Shown piece after piece: positions 26,211 through 38,368 of a stretch of DNA of 64,000 nt. The stretch covers positions 96,649,877 to 96,713,876 of the forward strand of contig NC_052159.1 of NCBI RefSeq assembly GCF_902713615.1. Direction: 5' to 3'. The notes beneath the pieces were generated by a model. It was given only the letters and a program-made list of their open reading frames with translations, did no database searches and was not told the origin of the DNA. The position numbers and the translations under genes are program-made. This DNA comes from Scyliorhinus canicula. Taxonomy: Eukaryota. Numbering within the stretch: position 1 is the first letter of the stretch; each line of letters starts with the position of its first letter.

Positions 26211-29200
26211 CTGGATAAATCCTGATATGTTCTGAATTTGCTTTGCGATCTCCAAAGGAAAATTATGCACGATTCCAAATGGAAATTAAGTAGTTGAATT
26301 ATTTATTGACCTCTATTTCTACAACCGAGGAATTATTATCCTGTCCCAGTCCCAGGTGGACCTTTATGTGACGCTGCAGAGCAAGCCCCGTACTTGCTTG
26401 GCCCAGTACTGTACCTCAGATGAAAGAAGAATTCCTTCTGTAAAATGCCAATGGCTTGTGTGTAGTAGATGAAATAAATACTAAAAAATAATCATCATGC
26501 CTAATGCGTTGAGGAGGCAAGAGATAAGTATAAAAACAAAGACCTAATCTTCAGATTTGAGAACATTAGCATGTCATGTTGATTATGGGAGAAGGAAGCA
26601 ACATTTCTTAATTGTTAGTCAAAAGTAAAATATATGATACGGAAATGCAATAAATTGTTAGTCAAAACTGAGATCTAGAAACAGACATTTTTGAGTTTGT
26701 AGATTTTCCTATTTGCCCATAAAATACTCTTAAATATGTCTTAGAAAATTAGGAAATCAGAATATTTTCAGTCTGCAGCAGAAGTAGCCTAGGGAGAATT
26801 TATTGAGGTTAATCTATTTAGTAAAGCTGCGAACAGATGGCAAAATGAAAAATGTTTTTGGAAGATACCTTTTTTACTAGTTTAATCTGTCTGTACTTCT
26901 GAGTGTAGATTATTTCAGGATGGAATACTCTCCATATGGTAACTGTATTGCCTCTTTTGAGTAGACTGTGAAAGTGGTCTGTGGTTGAGAATCTGTTAGC
27001 TCTATTGTTAATAGTTCCTGGCCCTCATTTCTTGTAGCATGCATGTGTACATTAGAATTTTAGCAGCAGCTAATCTCTTGTTTTTCTGAATGCAATTTTA
27101 TTTTTCTCATCTTTTTATATTTGTTCACTTTGCACATTAGTTGCAATATACCAAATGTTAATGAGCTGGATCCAAACCTGTGATCTTTCTCACATAGGTA
27201 ATGTTGTACTTGTCTAACATAACCTGTATATAATAGCACATAATGTATTTTGATCACAATTAGTAATATACTTTTGTGCAGGAGGTAAAACTCTAGACTG
27301 AGTTATGAATGAGTACTATTTGTTCCCCAGAATTATTTTAGCTGCATTTTAACTACTATCAAACCAGAAGAAATGAACAGTACTAACTTTCAGTTTTCTG
27401 TTACTTTTATGCAGGTTATTAAAGATTTTCCATATTCTGTAACTATATATTATCAGTTCCTGTCAATAGTTTGTTCTTTGAGAACTGTTTATATTATGTG
27501 GTGCACAAATTGGACATACTGGAATTTAGGTGAACTTCGACATACGTCAAGGTGACTAAAGGTGACCAAGAAAAGACTAAATTGATGCCTGGCAATCCTT
27601 GATAGCCTTGTGCAATTGCTCATGTTATTGACACAATGCTGATTGAGTTAATAAGCAAAAAAACTTAATGAACTCTTCATTTATCCAATTAAAAAGCTTA
27701 TTTTAATGAAGTATGAATATACAGATCCACAATTAAAATTATCCATTCAATGTTTACATGATATAAATCATTTTTAGTGGTTAGTTCTTGAAATTGCCAG
27801 ATAACCCTTTAAAGAACTTGTGTGCAGCATTTAGTTTATTTGTTAAGAGGATGAAACAGATGACTACCTTCCTCATTTGCACATTCTTCTACACGTGCAA
27901 CCTTAAAGTTAGTTCTTATTGAGTGATGAGAGAAATTTATTGTGTGTGATTAAAACTCCTTCCCACTCAATGAATGGAATTTTTGTTCTCTGCTGAGCTG
28001 CAGTGGAAATTCTTCCTTTGTAAATAATACTATGTAGTTTTTATTTACGGATCCAATACAGAATAAAAGTTGGTAACAATACTAGGCTTTCATTGCACTT
28101 CATTAGTGCATTATTTTTCTTATAATGTAGCAGGAATTCCTAATACCATTCTGGATTGTTTTAATAATTAGATTCAAAATAGCTGAGAAGTAGGCATGAG
28201 ACAAATTGAGCTTTGGTCTCCCAAGGTCAGTTCTTCATTAGGTCTGTCATTGAATTAATCAGTAGCTAACTCGATGAAATCAAGAAGTGAAATAATTGGT
28301 GAGAGTGATTTTGTCATTGGATCTGTTCGTGATGAGGTTATTTAAATGCTATACTGCTGAAAGTTGTTGATGCAGCTGTGAAAACAAAAGTGTAAGGGAA
28401 AAGTATTTTCAAACTGTTTTTGAGTAGAAGATGTATCTTTTCAACAATTTTACAAAGCCAAAAGAAATACAGTGGATAAGAGAAAAAGGATTCCTGGAAA
28501 GCAGTAATTCATGTTGTAAGAACTATATAATGTGATGAAGAGCCAGCGCTGTCTTTTAACTGGATGCACGCTTTCTAGTTGAAACTTTACGGTGCAACAG
28601 TTTGGCTGTTCCGTTACTGTTAATGATTGGAAAAATTCTACATTAATTGGCTTCTATTAAACCTGATAAAATTGTGGAGACAGAGATTGTCATAAATGAT
28701 GAACTTATTATTGAATCTGTGTTACAGATTGTATTGTCGGTTGATATATCCCTTGACCAGGGCATAGGAGCAGTCCTGCATGGCTCTGATTTTATGGGTT
28801 GTCTCTAATGTTAAAGGCCTCTTCTGATTCTTAACATATTTTCAAATAGTCATTTTATTCTAACTTATTTGGTATTTTTATATTTTATTTTAATTTTGTG
28901 ACTTGCTTCTCTACCTTCACCCTGGAAATGTCCAATGTAGATTGAATTTAATAGAATACTCCAGGTTCTAAAAAGATGCATAATTGACATTTGAGAGTCT
29001 TTACTTGTGACTTTACCAGATGTTGAAATGAAAATGTAACTTTCTTTAAGCTTCCTTTACCGATTTTTTTTTGTTGAAAAGTCATCGTTTGTGTAACTTT
29101 TGTCTGCAGCCTTCCATGTGATTTGGATCCTACAGGATGCAACTACTGTCAATTTTAGTCTGAATTCCAAGTAGACAACGCGTATTACATTTGTGCATCT

Positions 29201-29389
29201 TTAGTTCGGATTAGTTTGCATCTGTTGTCCAGTCCCAAAAGTTTAAACTGCTAAATCAAAAAGTGAGTCAATGTTGGCACAGGAGATATTGAGCTGATTT
29301 AACAGTGTGGTTGCAAGGATCAGCTGTATGTGTGCCAATGTTCCACGATATGACTGAGCATAAAGGTTCTCGAGAGGCTCTTGTCACCT

Positions 29390-30318
29390 TTTAAAAAATG
29401 TATTCAAGAGATGTGGACTTTTCTGGCTCGGCCAGCACTCATTGCCTATCCCTAGTTTCCCTTGAGAAGATGGTGGGGAGCTATCTTCTTGAACCGTTGC
29501 AGTCCATATGGTGTGGGTACCCCACAGTGCTGTCAGGTAAAGAGTTCCAGAATATTGACCCAGTGACTGTGAAGGGACAGCGATATATTTCCAAGCCAGG
29601 ATAGTGAGTGGCTTGGAGAGGAACCTCCAGGGGGGTGATGTTCCCATGCGTTTGTTCACCTTGTCCTTCTAGATGGCCATGGCCTTGGGTTTGGATGGTG
29701 CTGTCTCCGGAGTCTTGGTGAATTCCTGCAGTACATCTTGTAAATGCTGTTGCTACTATGCATCGTTGGAGGGGGGAGTGAATGTTTGTGAATGGGGTGC
29801 CAATCAAGTAGACTGTTTTGTCCTGGATGGTGTCAAGCTTCTAATGTTGTTGGAGTTGTACTTATTCAGGCAAGTAGCAAATGTTTCATCACACTCCTGA
29901 CTTAAGTCTTATACATTGTGGACAGCCTAGGGGGAGTCGGGAATTGAGCTACTCACTGCTGAATTCCTAGCCTCTGATCTGCTCTTGTAGACACAGTACT
30001 TATATGGCTACTCCACTTCAGCTTTTGGTTAATGCTAAATCCAGGATGTAGTTAGTGGGGGGATTCTGTAATGGTAATGCCATTTGAATGTCAAGGATGT
30101 TGGTTAGATTCCCTCTTGTTGGAGATGGTCATTGCTTGGTGCTACTGTGGCCCGAATGTATTTGCCACCTATCAGTCCAAGCCTGGACAGTGTCCTGGTC
30201 TTGCTGCAGTTAGACATGGACTGTTTTAGTATCTGAGGAGTCGCAAATGGTGCAAAATGTTGTACAATCATCAATGAACATCCCCACTTCTGACCATATG
30301 ATAGAAGGAAGGTCATTA
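29390..30318 (-). mobile_element. CR1/L2-group LINE 3' fragment (family whose tail matches SINE family B)
   Basis: Reverse peptides SEVGMFIDDCT, QQDQDTVQAW and decayed C-terminal motifs. 3' end CTAGGGATAGGCAATGAGTGCTGGCC...CCACATC. Confidence 0.7.
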
Positions 30319-30789
30319 AACTCCTGAACCCCTTTTAATTTCAGTCAATATGACCTACACATGGTGAACCTATTGATGTTGGTTGCTCATGAAGTGAGGA
30401 ATTCACACATCGGTTGTGGTTTTTTTGAGGCGGAGAGGGCCTGTTGCCAGAAATAAAAGCTGGAGGTGTCCCTACCTCAATGGGTGGCAGGGCCAGGAGT
30501 CACATTTTATTTGTTTTGCATCTTCCTCCACGCTTTTTCCCAATTTTTGGGGAAGTGCTGGAACAATTAGCAGGCTGATTATCGATTTGTTTGAACCACA
30601 TCATGACGCTAGGGCCATTCAAGTAGGCCCCGGCAAGAGGTATGGGGACGTTGATGTCTATGCTCATGTAGGGTGGTCATTGTTTATTACGTTAGTCATA
30701 TATTGAGATGTGGAATGCTGGCTTTGACTGGGGTGAGCACAGTAAGAAGTCTTACAACACTAGGTTAAAGTCCAAAGGTTTGTTTAGAA

Positions 30790-30826
30790 TCACTAGCTTT
30801 CGGAGCAGAGCTCCTTCCTCAAGTGA
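30790..30826 (-). ncRNA. Minimal hammerhead ribozyme, core-mutated copy
   Basis: Reverse strand TCAC-TTGAGGA-AGGAGCTCTGCTCC-GAAA-GCTA-GTGA; C>T at the first core position. Confidence 0.65.
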
Positions 30827-31282
30827 GTGAATAGGTGGGTTCCAGAAACAGATATATAGACAAAGTCAGTGGTGCAAGATGATACTTTGAATGTGAGTCT
30901 TTGCAGATAATTAAGTCTTTACAGGTCAAAAATGGAGCAACTGGAGATGGGATAATCGCAGGTTAAAGAGGTGTGAATTATCTCAAGCCAGGACACTTGG
31001 TAGGAACACAGTCGGGGAACACTTCAGCAGTCGAGGACATTCAGCCTCTGATCTTTGGGAACGCGTTCTCCAAGGTGGCCTTTCGGATGCGCGATAATGC
31101 AGAACGGCCGAGCAGAATTATAGCTAGGTTCTGCACACATGAGTACGGCCTCAACCGGGACCGTTGATTCATGTCGTGTTAAATTCACCCCCCACCATCT
31201 GGCCTGGGCTTGTGAAATCCTACCAACTATCCTGGCTTGAGACAATTCACACCTCTTTAACCTGTGATTATCCGTCTCTCCA

Positions 31283-31469
31283 GGGGCTGGTTAGCACAGG
31301 GCTAAATCGCTGGCTTTGAAAGCAGACCAAGGCAGGCCAGCAGCACGGTTCAATTCCCGTACCAGCCTCCTCGAACAGACGCCAGAATGTGGCGACTAGG
31401 GGCTTTCCTCAGTAACTTCATTTGAAGCCTACTTGTGACAATAAGTGATTTTCATTTCATTTTCTCATT
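31283..31469 (+). mobile_element. Short tRNA-derived SINE (different head, Rex1/Babar-like tail) nested in the PLE
   Basis: GGGGCTGG head, GGTTCAATTCCC B-box, tail CAGTAACTTC...CTTGTGACAATAAG, (CATTT)n end, TSD TCTCCA. Confidence 0.85.
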
Positions 31470-31601
31470 TCTCCAGTTGCTCCGTCTGGAACTGTAAAGA
31501 CTTAATTACCTGCAAAGACTCGCATTCAAAGTATTGTCTTGCATCATTGACTTTGTCTATATATATATATATATATATGATTCTGGAACCCACCTCTTCA
31601 T

Positions 31602-31638
31602 TCACCTGAGGAAGGAGCAGTGCTCCGAAAGCTAGTGA
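31602..31638 (+). ncRNA. Minimal type I hammerhead ribozyme motif, apparently intact
   Basis: TCAC-CTGAGGA-A-GGAGC-AGT-GCTCC-GAAA-GC-TA-GTGA: stem I TCAC/GTGA, 5-bp stem II, palindromic AGCT stem III, CUA cleavage triplet. Confidence 0.8.
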
Positions 31639-31786
31639 TTTTAAATAAACGTGTTGGACGTTAACCTGGTGTTGTAAGACTTCTTACTGTGTTCATATAT
31701 TGAGGGAAAAATGAATCTGAAATCAGTTTTTTTTCCTTAAGACAGATTTATTTCCAAATTTACAGAGTAAATATGTAAATTCACCA

Positions 31787-31789
31787 CTC

Positions 31790-31824
<35 letters not shown>

Positions 31825-31837
31825 CCCCCCCCCCCCC
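31787..31837. repeat. (CCT)n microsatellite plus poly-C
   Basis: Read directly from the sequence. Confidence 0.95.
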
Positions 31838-31907
31838 AAACAACCGTTCAGAAGAGGCTGAGTTTTACAATCCTGTTTTAATGTTTAAGGTGCCAAGATT
31901 AAACCAG

Positions 31908-32078
31908 GGGCTGGATTCTCCGGCCCGCCACACCACATTTCTGACTCATCCCGCCGGCGGGATGCTCTGTTACGCCGGCCGGTCAATGGGGTTTCCCATT
32001 GTGGGGCAGCCCCATGCCGTTGAGAAACCCCTGGGCTGCCGGTAAAACGGGGCATCCCGCCGGCAGAGAATCCAGCCC
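31908..32078. mobile_element. Short palindromic Harbinger-type MITE
   Basis: TIRs GGGCTGGATTCTCC / AGAGAATCCAGCCC with an internally inverted body. Confidence 0.85.
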
Positions 32079-32985
32079 CTGATTTGTGGAGCATTGTGAT
32101 CAAATATTAATTCCATTTCCCCTGTTTATTATCCACTCCTATAGCTATGTAATCTCTTGGGAGAGATCAAATAACGTTCTGAGCAACTTTTTCATTAATC
32201 CTCTACAAACAATGTGCAAACGCAATTTCAGTTAAACACCATATAAAATACCAAATCTTATGCACTATTTCAATGTTTAATTGATTTGACATCTTTATGG
32301 TGGACAAAAACCAGTCACTGTTACTGTAAGCCCCTAATGTTTCCAACAATAAGATAACAGGAGCAAGCCACTTAACCGCCACCTTGCTCTGTCATTTGGT
32401 GAGGCAAAGGAACACTTTTTCTTTCAAAACCCAATTCCAACCTTTTCTCTGGATTCTGTTATATAAACATGTGATGGTGACAAGCAAATCAGTTGATCTC
32501 TCAATCCTGCTCTGGAACATTATAGCTGGTGTATTGTGGCAAAGCACTCATTCCCTTTTCCCAACTCTCCAGCCATGTAATTTATTGGATGCGGCAAAAA
32601 ATAGAGTAAAGTTCCCAGGGCCAAAAGGAAACAAACTGGAATTTTCTGTTCTGAGGGTTTAAGTGCGATGGTGGCGGGAAAGTCAATGTGATTCCCACTG
32701 TGCACCGAGGGTGATTTCCACACTCGATTTTCTACTTTACAGCTCATTATTTATGCATCAATTAGGAGCTTATTGAATCTCGTGGTGAGGTGAGCAGTAA
32801 TTCGTTCACTCCTCCATTACCTTATGGGATCAAAGTCCTGGTGCCCTATTAAACGCTCACTCACTGTATACCAGGTGTGTGCTGAAGGTCTATGTTAGTA
32901 TGCTGACCAAATGTTCAAACTGTCTGCTCCATGGTTCAACAAAATCTCCTGAGGCATTCTTCTTCAGGCTGTCCAGGAAAGATGG

Positions 32986-33928
32986 GGGTTGCAATTCTCC
33001 GGCCTCGTTACCCTCTCGCTCAAGCGAAATGAGGCCGGTGAGTAGTGTGAAGGCAGAAAACGAGAACCATTCCAGGTGCCAAACAGTTTACAATGCAACC
33101 GGCCCGTTCCCGTAGGTGAAAGCGGGATCTTGCCGTAGTGTGGCGAGAAACCAATGATCACCACTTAAGCCCCATTTCCATACAATTAACACGAGCCACC
33201 CCATATCCAACGGCCTCCTGTCATTTATCGGCCTCCCCAGTTAGTGGTCATGCTGATGCCAATTAGTGCTCCTTTTGAAAAACGTGAACCTGGCGGAAGG
33301 GCTTTTTTGGGGAGACGAGGAGGTGAGTAGCCATCTTTGCTCACAGGCAAAGAGCCTGGGGCGCTGGATGTTCACGGTGGTGATTGGGGGTGGGGCGGGG
33401 TGTTGTGAAAGTAGGGTTTGAGGGGGTTGAAGGGGGAGGGGGTGGATGCTCCCTTGGGGGCGGAAAGGTCTCTGCTGGGGGGGGGTGGGGTCTACTCATT
33501 CATGCTTCCTTTTGTAGGTTGTTGACCTTCCTGCACTGGAGGCCAGTCCTCCTGGGCTCACTGACCATGCTGCACTCTTGGGGGAACAAGACACCCCTCC
33601 TGACCTCCACTGCACCTCGGAGTCTCCCCAGGTCTACATCCCCGAATCTTGGGGTCGGTCTCCTCAGCGCTACTGTTGCGAGCTGGCTGGGTTGGCTGAG
33701 CAAATGCAGCTTAAGTGCTGCTCGACCTTGTTAGTGGGGGGCTGTCGAGTGCAGTCCTGGCGAATCACCTGGCGAGTCTTCGTTTTTGGTGAAAAGCCTG
33801 TGAGGCGTTGTTAAGTGGATCAATTAATGTTGAATAGCGTTGCTGTCCTCGCTGGGCCGAATGCCAGGAAGCTCACTGCAATTCCCACTCGCTACAACAC
33901 TCAGAAATCTTTCCAGAGAATTGTGCCC
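32986..33928 (-). mobile_element. Non-autonomous Harbinger element with decayed Myb/SANT exon
   Basis: TIRs ..GCAATTCTCC / AGAGAATTGTGCCC. Reverse peptide RRPTPRFGDVDLGRLRGAVEVRRGVLFP...RRTGLQCRKVNNL. Confidence 0.75.
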
Positions 33929-36082
33929 TGGAGGTCCTCTTTGCAAGGGATAGGAACAGGAGATCCTTCTTGTGGACTCCTGATTTTAAAATCCCTTTGC
34001 TCTTTGTCAGCCTGACCTATTTAGGCCACATGCATCCTGACTTTATGGAACACCGTATCCCCATCGAGACCATCCAATACCCCCCCCCCCATTACTTTTC
34101 AGCTGCTATAGATGCCTTCATTGAGCATGACTGGGCTGTCACAGTACCATGCCCCTAACCCCCTGGACTAAATTCCTTAGATGACTGAACCATGCCTTGC
34201 ACTCAATGCTGTGCGTGACTGTCATTGGATAGCGAGGACTTCCGTTTCCCAAGACTGGGACCAAGACATGCACTCCATGCAGATCCCTCAGAATTTCAAG
34301 GTATTACAACCAAATGGCTTGGATGAATGACAGCTGGTTCAATGGCTTTCTGATGGAACTCTGTGTAAAAAAATCTTTTGCTATTTTAAAAGCAAAGAAA
34401 AAACATGGGTTCTCATTATGAGACCTTTTACAAGTCTAAAGTTCTTTTCCGAATAAGATGGGTGGTTAAATCGATTATATTCTATGTTGTGGATTTTACA
34501 CCTTGGAATTGAAGAATTAACCATTCAACTTAAAATAATGCCTTTGAGTTAGTTTCAGGAAAGGCATTGAGTCAACATTAATCTGGAAGGTTCATTTTGC
34601 CCTTGCTTGAGATGGAGGATTGGCTTCAATCTACAAGAGAAGTTAGCTAATCCTTGGACAGTGAACTTGTTGAAATCTTTTGTGGTCAGTTTTTCGTTAG
34701 ATATAAAAATTAATTGGAAATTCAGAATATACTGGGGCATGGCAATGATGTTTTCTTGGCCTCAGTCCAGCTCCCCCGTTTACATCATACAAAGAGTTAA
34801 CACCCACCACACCAGATGGCAATGTATTTCAGTCGCTTGTTAGTCTGTTGGAAAGAAAGAACTGCCTAATGTCTGGTATATTCCTACTCTTGCATACTTG
34901 TAACACTTGCTTCTCCAGTGTTTTCCATTAAACAGCTCAATTGCTTCTACAACGTTGAACTTTTAGCTCAGGTGATTTCTATTCTTAGTCTTTCATTTTT
35001 GTTCACCTACTTTTGCATTAAACTAATTTAGGCTCCAAGCTCTGGACATTCCACCCTACAGCTCACTTCCCTCCATTAAGGTATTATTGAAAATGTACCT
35101 CTTTGCCAAGCTTTTGATCATCTGACCTATTATCTCCATTGTGGCTCAATGTCATATTTTGCTCTCTAATGCACCCGTGAAGCACGATGGAAAGTTTCAT
35201 TATGGTATAAACTATAGGCCAGAGCTCTGTTTCTGAGGTGGGCAGCTCAAGTTGGAACATTGCCTGGCTTGGCTCACTGTTTTAGGACAGGGTGCCAAAT
35301 ATTTGCTGTCTGATTTAAATAACTTAATAGATTGACAGTTGGAAACTTGCCTTTCACAAGCATTTGCGGCTTCTCCATAAATCGGTGACTCCCACCCTGC
35401 ACTTGAGGCCCTTGGTATAGTGAAATAGTGGTCTGTTTGAAATCGGCACTGATTTCACACCCCATCCACTTCTAAAAAGATTGATATTAATATTATTTTA
35501 TCATGATGCACTGGGCTAGTGGAATCTTCTATTCAGGGTTGAATGTAATCAAGATTTCATTTCCTGAATATCCTTGTGACATTTCGCACAATCATAGAGC
35601 TTTAAGGCACAGAAAGAAGCCATTTGGCTCATCATGCCTGTGCCAGCCAAAAAGAGCTATCCAACTTACACCCACATTACAGCTCTTGGTCCTGTGTGTT
35701 GTAGGTTGCAACACATTTCATATTTCTTCTTTGTTTCTTCTCCTGTGTTGATGGAGACCGTGATCGATCGGCTTAGACAGACGCAATAAAGCCACCTGCA
35801 TTTAGTACAACTCTACTTTATTCAGAAGAGCTGCTTAATTGTGATTTTTAAGAATAAAGTACAGAGATGACCCACATTCACTACTGAAATCTAGGTATTA
35901 CACACAGTAGTGAAGGAAGCTGGCCAGGCTATGATCACTTGTTGTGGATATCTTCTTCTCTGCGCTCCGAGCTCAGGACTCCTCTTCTGCTATGGTTGCT
36001 CTCAGGGATCCCTGAGTTTTTGCTGACTATATCTTCCAACGTCCTTTCTTTTATCCAGGTTCTGTTCCCGCTGAGACATGAT

Positions 36083-36097
36083 GGGCGGGATTTTCCG

Positions 36098-36135
<38 letters not shown>

Positions 36136-36781
36136 GCCGGGTCGGAGAATCACTGGTGGGCGGTATGAATCCCGCCCCCGCCGGCTGCTGACTTCTCCGG
36201 TGCGGGGATTTGGTGGGGATGGGAATCGTGCCGTGCTGGTCGGCGGCCATTGGCATCTGCCCACCAGGCGATTCCCTGGCCTGCGATGAGCCGGGTGGCC
36301 GCCCGTCTTCGGCCAGTCCCGCCGGCGTAAAATACATCAGGTACTTATCGGCGGAACCTGACTGCGCGGGCAGTCTCCGGGATCTGGCCCTGGGAGGTGC
36401 CCCCACAGTAGCCTGGCCCGCGATCAGAGCCCACCAATCTGCGGGCGGGCCTGTGAAGTGGGGGCACTCTATTCTTCCGTGTCGGCCGCTGTGGTCCTCC
36501 GCGCAGGCCGACGAGGAGATGAACACCCCCCTGCGCATGCACTGGGATGCTCCCGCGCATGCGCCAAATCGCGCCAGCTGGCGGAGGCCGTTCGGCGCCG
36601 GTTGGGGTGGCGCCAAGCCCCTTCCCTGCCGGCCGGCACGGCGCAAACCACTCGGGCGCCGGCCGAGCCCCTGAAGGTGGGGAGGATTCCGTACCTTTGG
36701 GGCGGCCCGACGCCGGAGTGGTTCACGCCACTCCTCGGCGCCGGGACCCCTCGCCCCGCCGGGTAGGGGAGAATCCCACCA
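36083..36781. mobile_element. GC/CpG-rich Harbinger-type MITE
   Basis: TIRs GGGCGGGATTTTCC / GGAGAATCCCACC. Reverse-complement homolog of 3013-3675, with an internal poly-C expansion. Confidence 0.88.
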
Positions 36782-36949
36782 ATATCCTCTTCATTCATCC
36801 CTGTATTCCTTGATCCCGTCATGCTTCAGTGCATATCTGTTTGTTAGCCCCTGTGTTGACAAGGCCCTGCTAGACCAGTTTAGACAGACAAATTGAAAAC
36901 ACCTGCATTTAGTACAGTCTACATTATTCAGAAGGCTCCTAGATCAGAC

Positions 36950-38068
36950 TACAAGTTGGCCGTTAACAGCATAATCCCAGTCAAGCTCATATCAAAACTC
37001 CAAAATCTAGGACTTGGCTCCTCACTCTGCAACAAGATCCTCAATTTCCTGACCCATTGACCATAATCAATAAGGATAAACAATAACACCTCCTCCACGA
37101 TGGTCCTCAAAACCAGGGCCTTGCAAGACTGCATACTTAGTCCCCAATTATACTATCTATACACAGACACGACTGCGTGGCAAAATTTGGCTCCAACTCC
37201 ATCGGTAGTGGGTCAGATCTCAAATAACGATGAGTCAGAGTACAGGAGGGAGATGGAAAACCTAGAAGAGTGGTGCAACGACAACAATCTCTCGCTCAAT
37301 GTCAGTAAAACTAAGGAGCTGGTCACTGACTTCAGGAAGCAAAGTAGTTTGCACACCCCTGTCTGCATCAATGGGATTGAAGTGGAGATAGTTGACAGCT
37401 CCAAATTCCTTGGTGTACACATCACCATCAATCGGCCCTGGCTCACCCACGTCAGCGCTATGACCAAAAAAGGAGAACAGTACGTATACTTTTTCTGGAA
37501 ACTAAGAAATTCGGCAGGTCCACATTGGACTCTCACCAATTTTTACAGACTCACCATAGTAAGCATCCTATCTTGCTGTGTCACAGCTTGGTATGGCAAC
37601 TGCTCAGTCCAAAGCATAAGAAACTATAGAGAGTCATGAACATAGCCCAATCCATCTTGTGAACCTGCTTCCCATCCATTGACTCTGTCTACACCTCCCG
37701 CTACCTTGGGAAAGCGGGCAGCATAATCAAAGACCCCTCTCGGGTTACCCGGGTTATTTTCACTTCCAACCTTTTAGATCGGGCTGAAGGTACGAAAGTC
37801 TGAGAACACGCACTAACAGATTCAAAAACAGTTTCTTTCCCACTGTTACCAGACTCCTGAATGACCCTCATATGGACTGAACTGATCTCCACACATCTTC
37901 TTAACTGTGCAGCACTACACGCCAAATGCTTCACCCATGTCTAAGTCTATGTATTTACAGTGTGTATTTATCGTACGTGCTATGTTTTTCATGTATGGAA
38001 CGATCTGCCTGGTCTGTACGCAGAACAGTGCTTTTCACTGTACCTCGGTACATAGGGCAAATCTAAAT
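36950..38068 (+). mobile_element. Rex1/Babar LINE 3' fragment
   Basis: VGQISNNDESEYRRE, WCNDNNLSLNVSKTKELVTDFRK, KFLGVHIT, LTNFYR..I.SILSCCVTAWYGNC. Tail GCTTTTCACTGTACCTCGGTAC. Confidence 0.9.
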
Positions 38069-38368
38069 TTAAGAGCTAGCTGAATCGTGATTTCTGAAAA
38101 TATAGTACAGAGATGAACCAGATTCACGACTGAGACGTAGGTATTATCCACACTAGTGAAGGAGGCTGGCTAGGCCATGATTACTCGGTGTGGATATCTT
38201 TTTCTCTGAGCTTCGAGCTTAAGGCTCATCTTTTGCGATGGATGCTCTCAGAGATTAGGGAGTCTTGCTGATCATGTGTTTCATGTTCCTTCTTTTATCT
38301 AGGTTCTGCTAGCACTGAGACATGATGCACCTACCTGGCCTGAGTTGTATTGTCTCATCAGTACACAA

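Larger units (their letters stand above)
30708..31692. mobile_element. Penelope-like element with inverted pseudo-LTRs and 12-bp TSD
   Basis: About 270 bp (30735-31005) is the reverse complement of 31218-31692 once the SINE is removed. The centre encodes a GIY-YIG C-terminus (VGEHFSSRGHSASDL...IIARFCTHEYGLNRD). TSD TCATATATTGAG at 30696-30707 and 31693-31704. Confidence 0.9.
35743..38330 (-). repeat. Two diverged tandem LTR-like units (about 35743-36082; about 36851-36935 plus 38070-38330)
   Basis: Shared blocks TTAGACAGAC, CACCTGCATTTAGTACA, GTACAGAGATGA, CTGAGACATGATG. AATAAA and TATA-like motifs on the reverse strand. Confidence 0.65.

Noticed and set aside
29113-29270. Candidate internal exon between CTGCAG and GTGAGT
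   Set aside because: Stop codons in all three frames.
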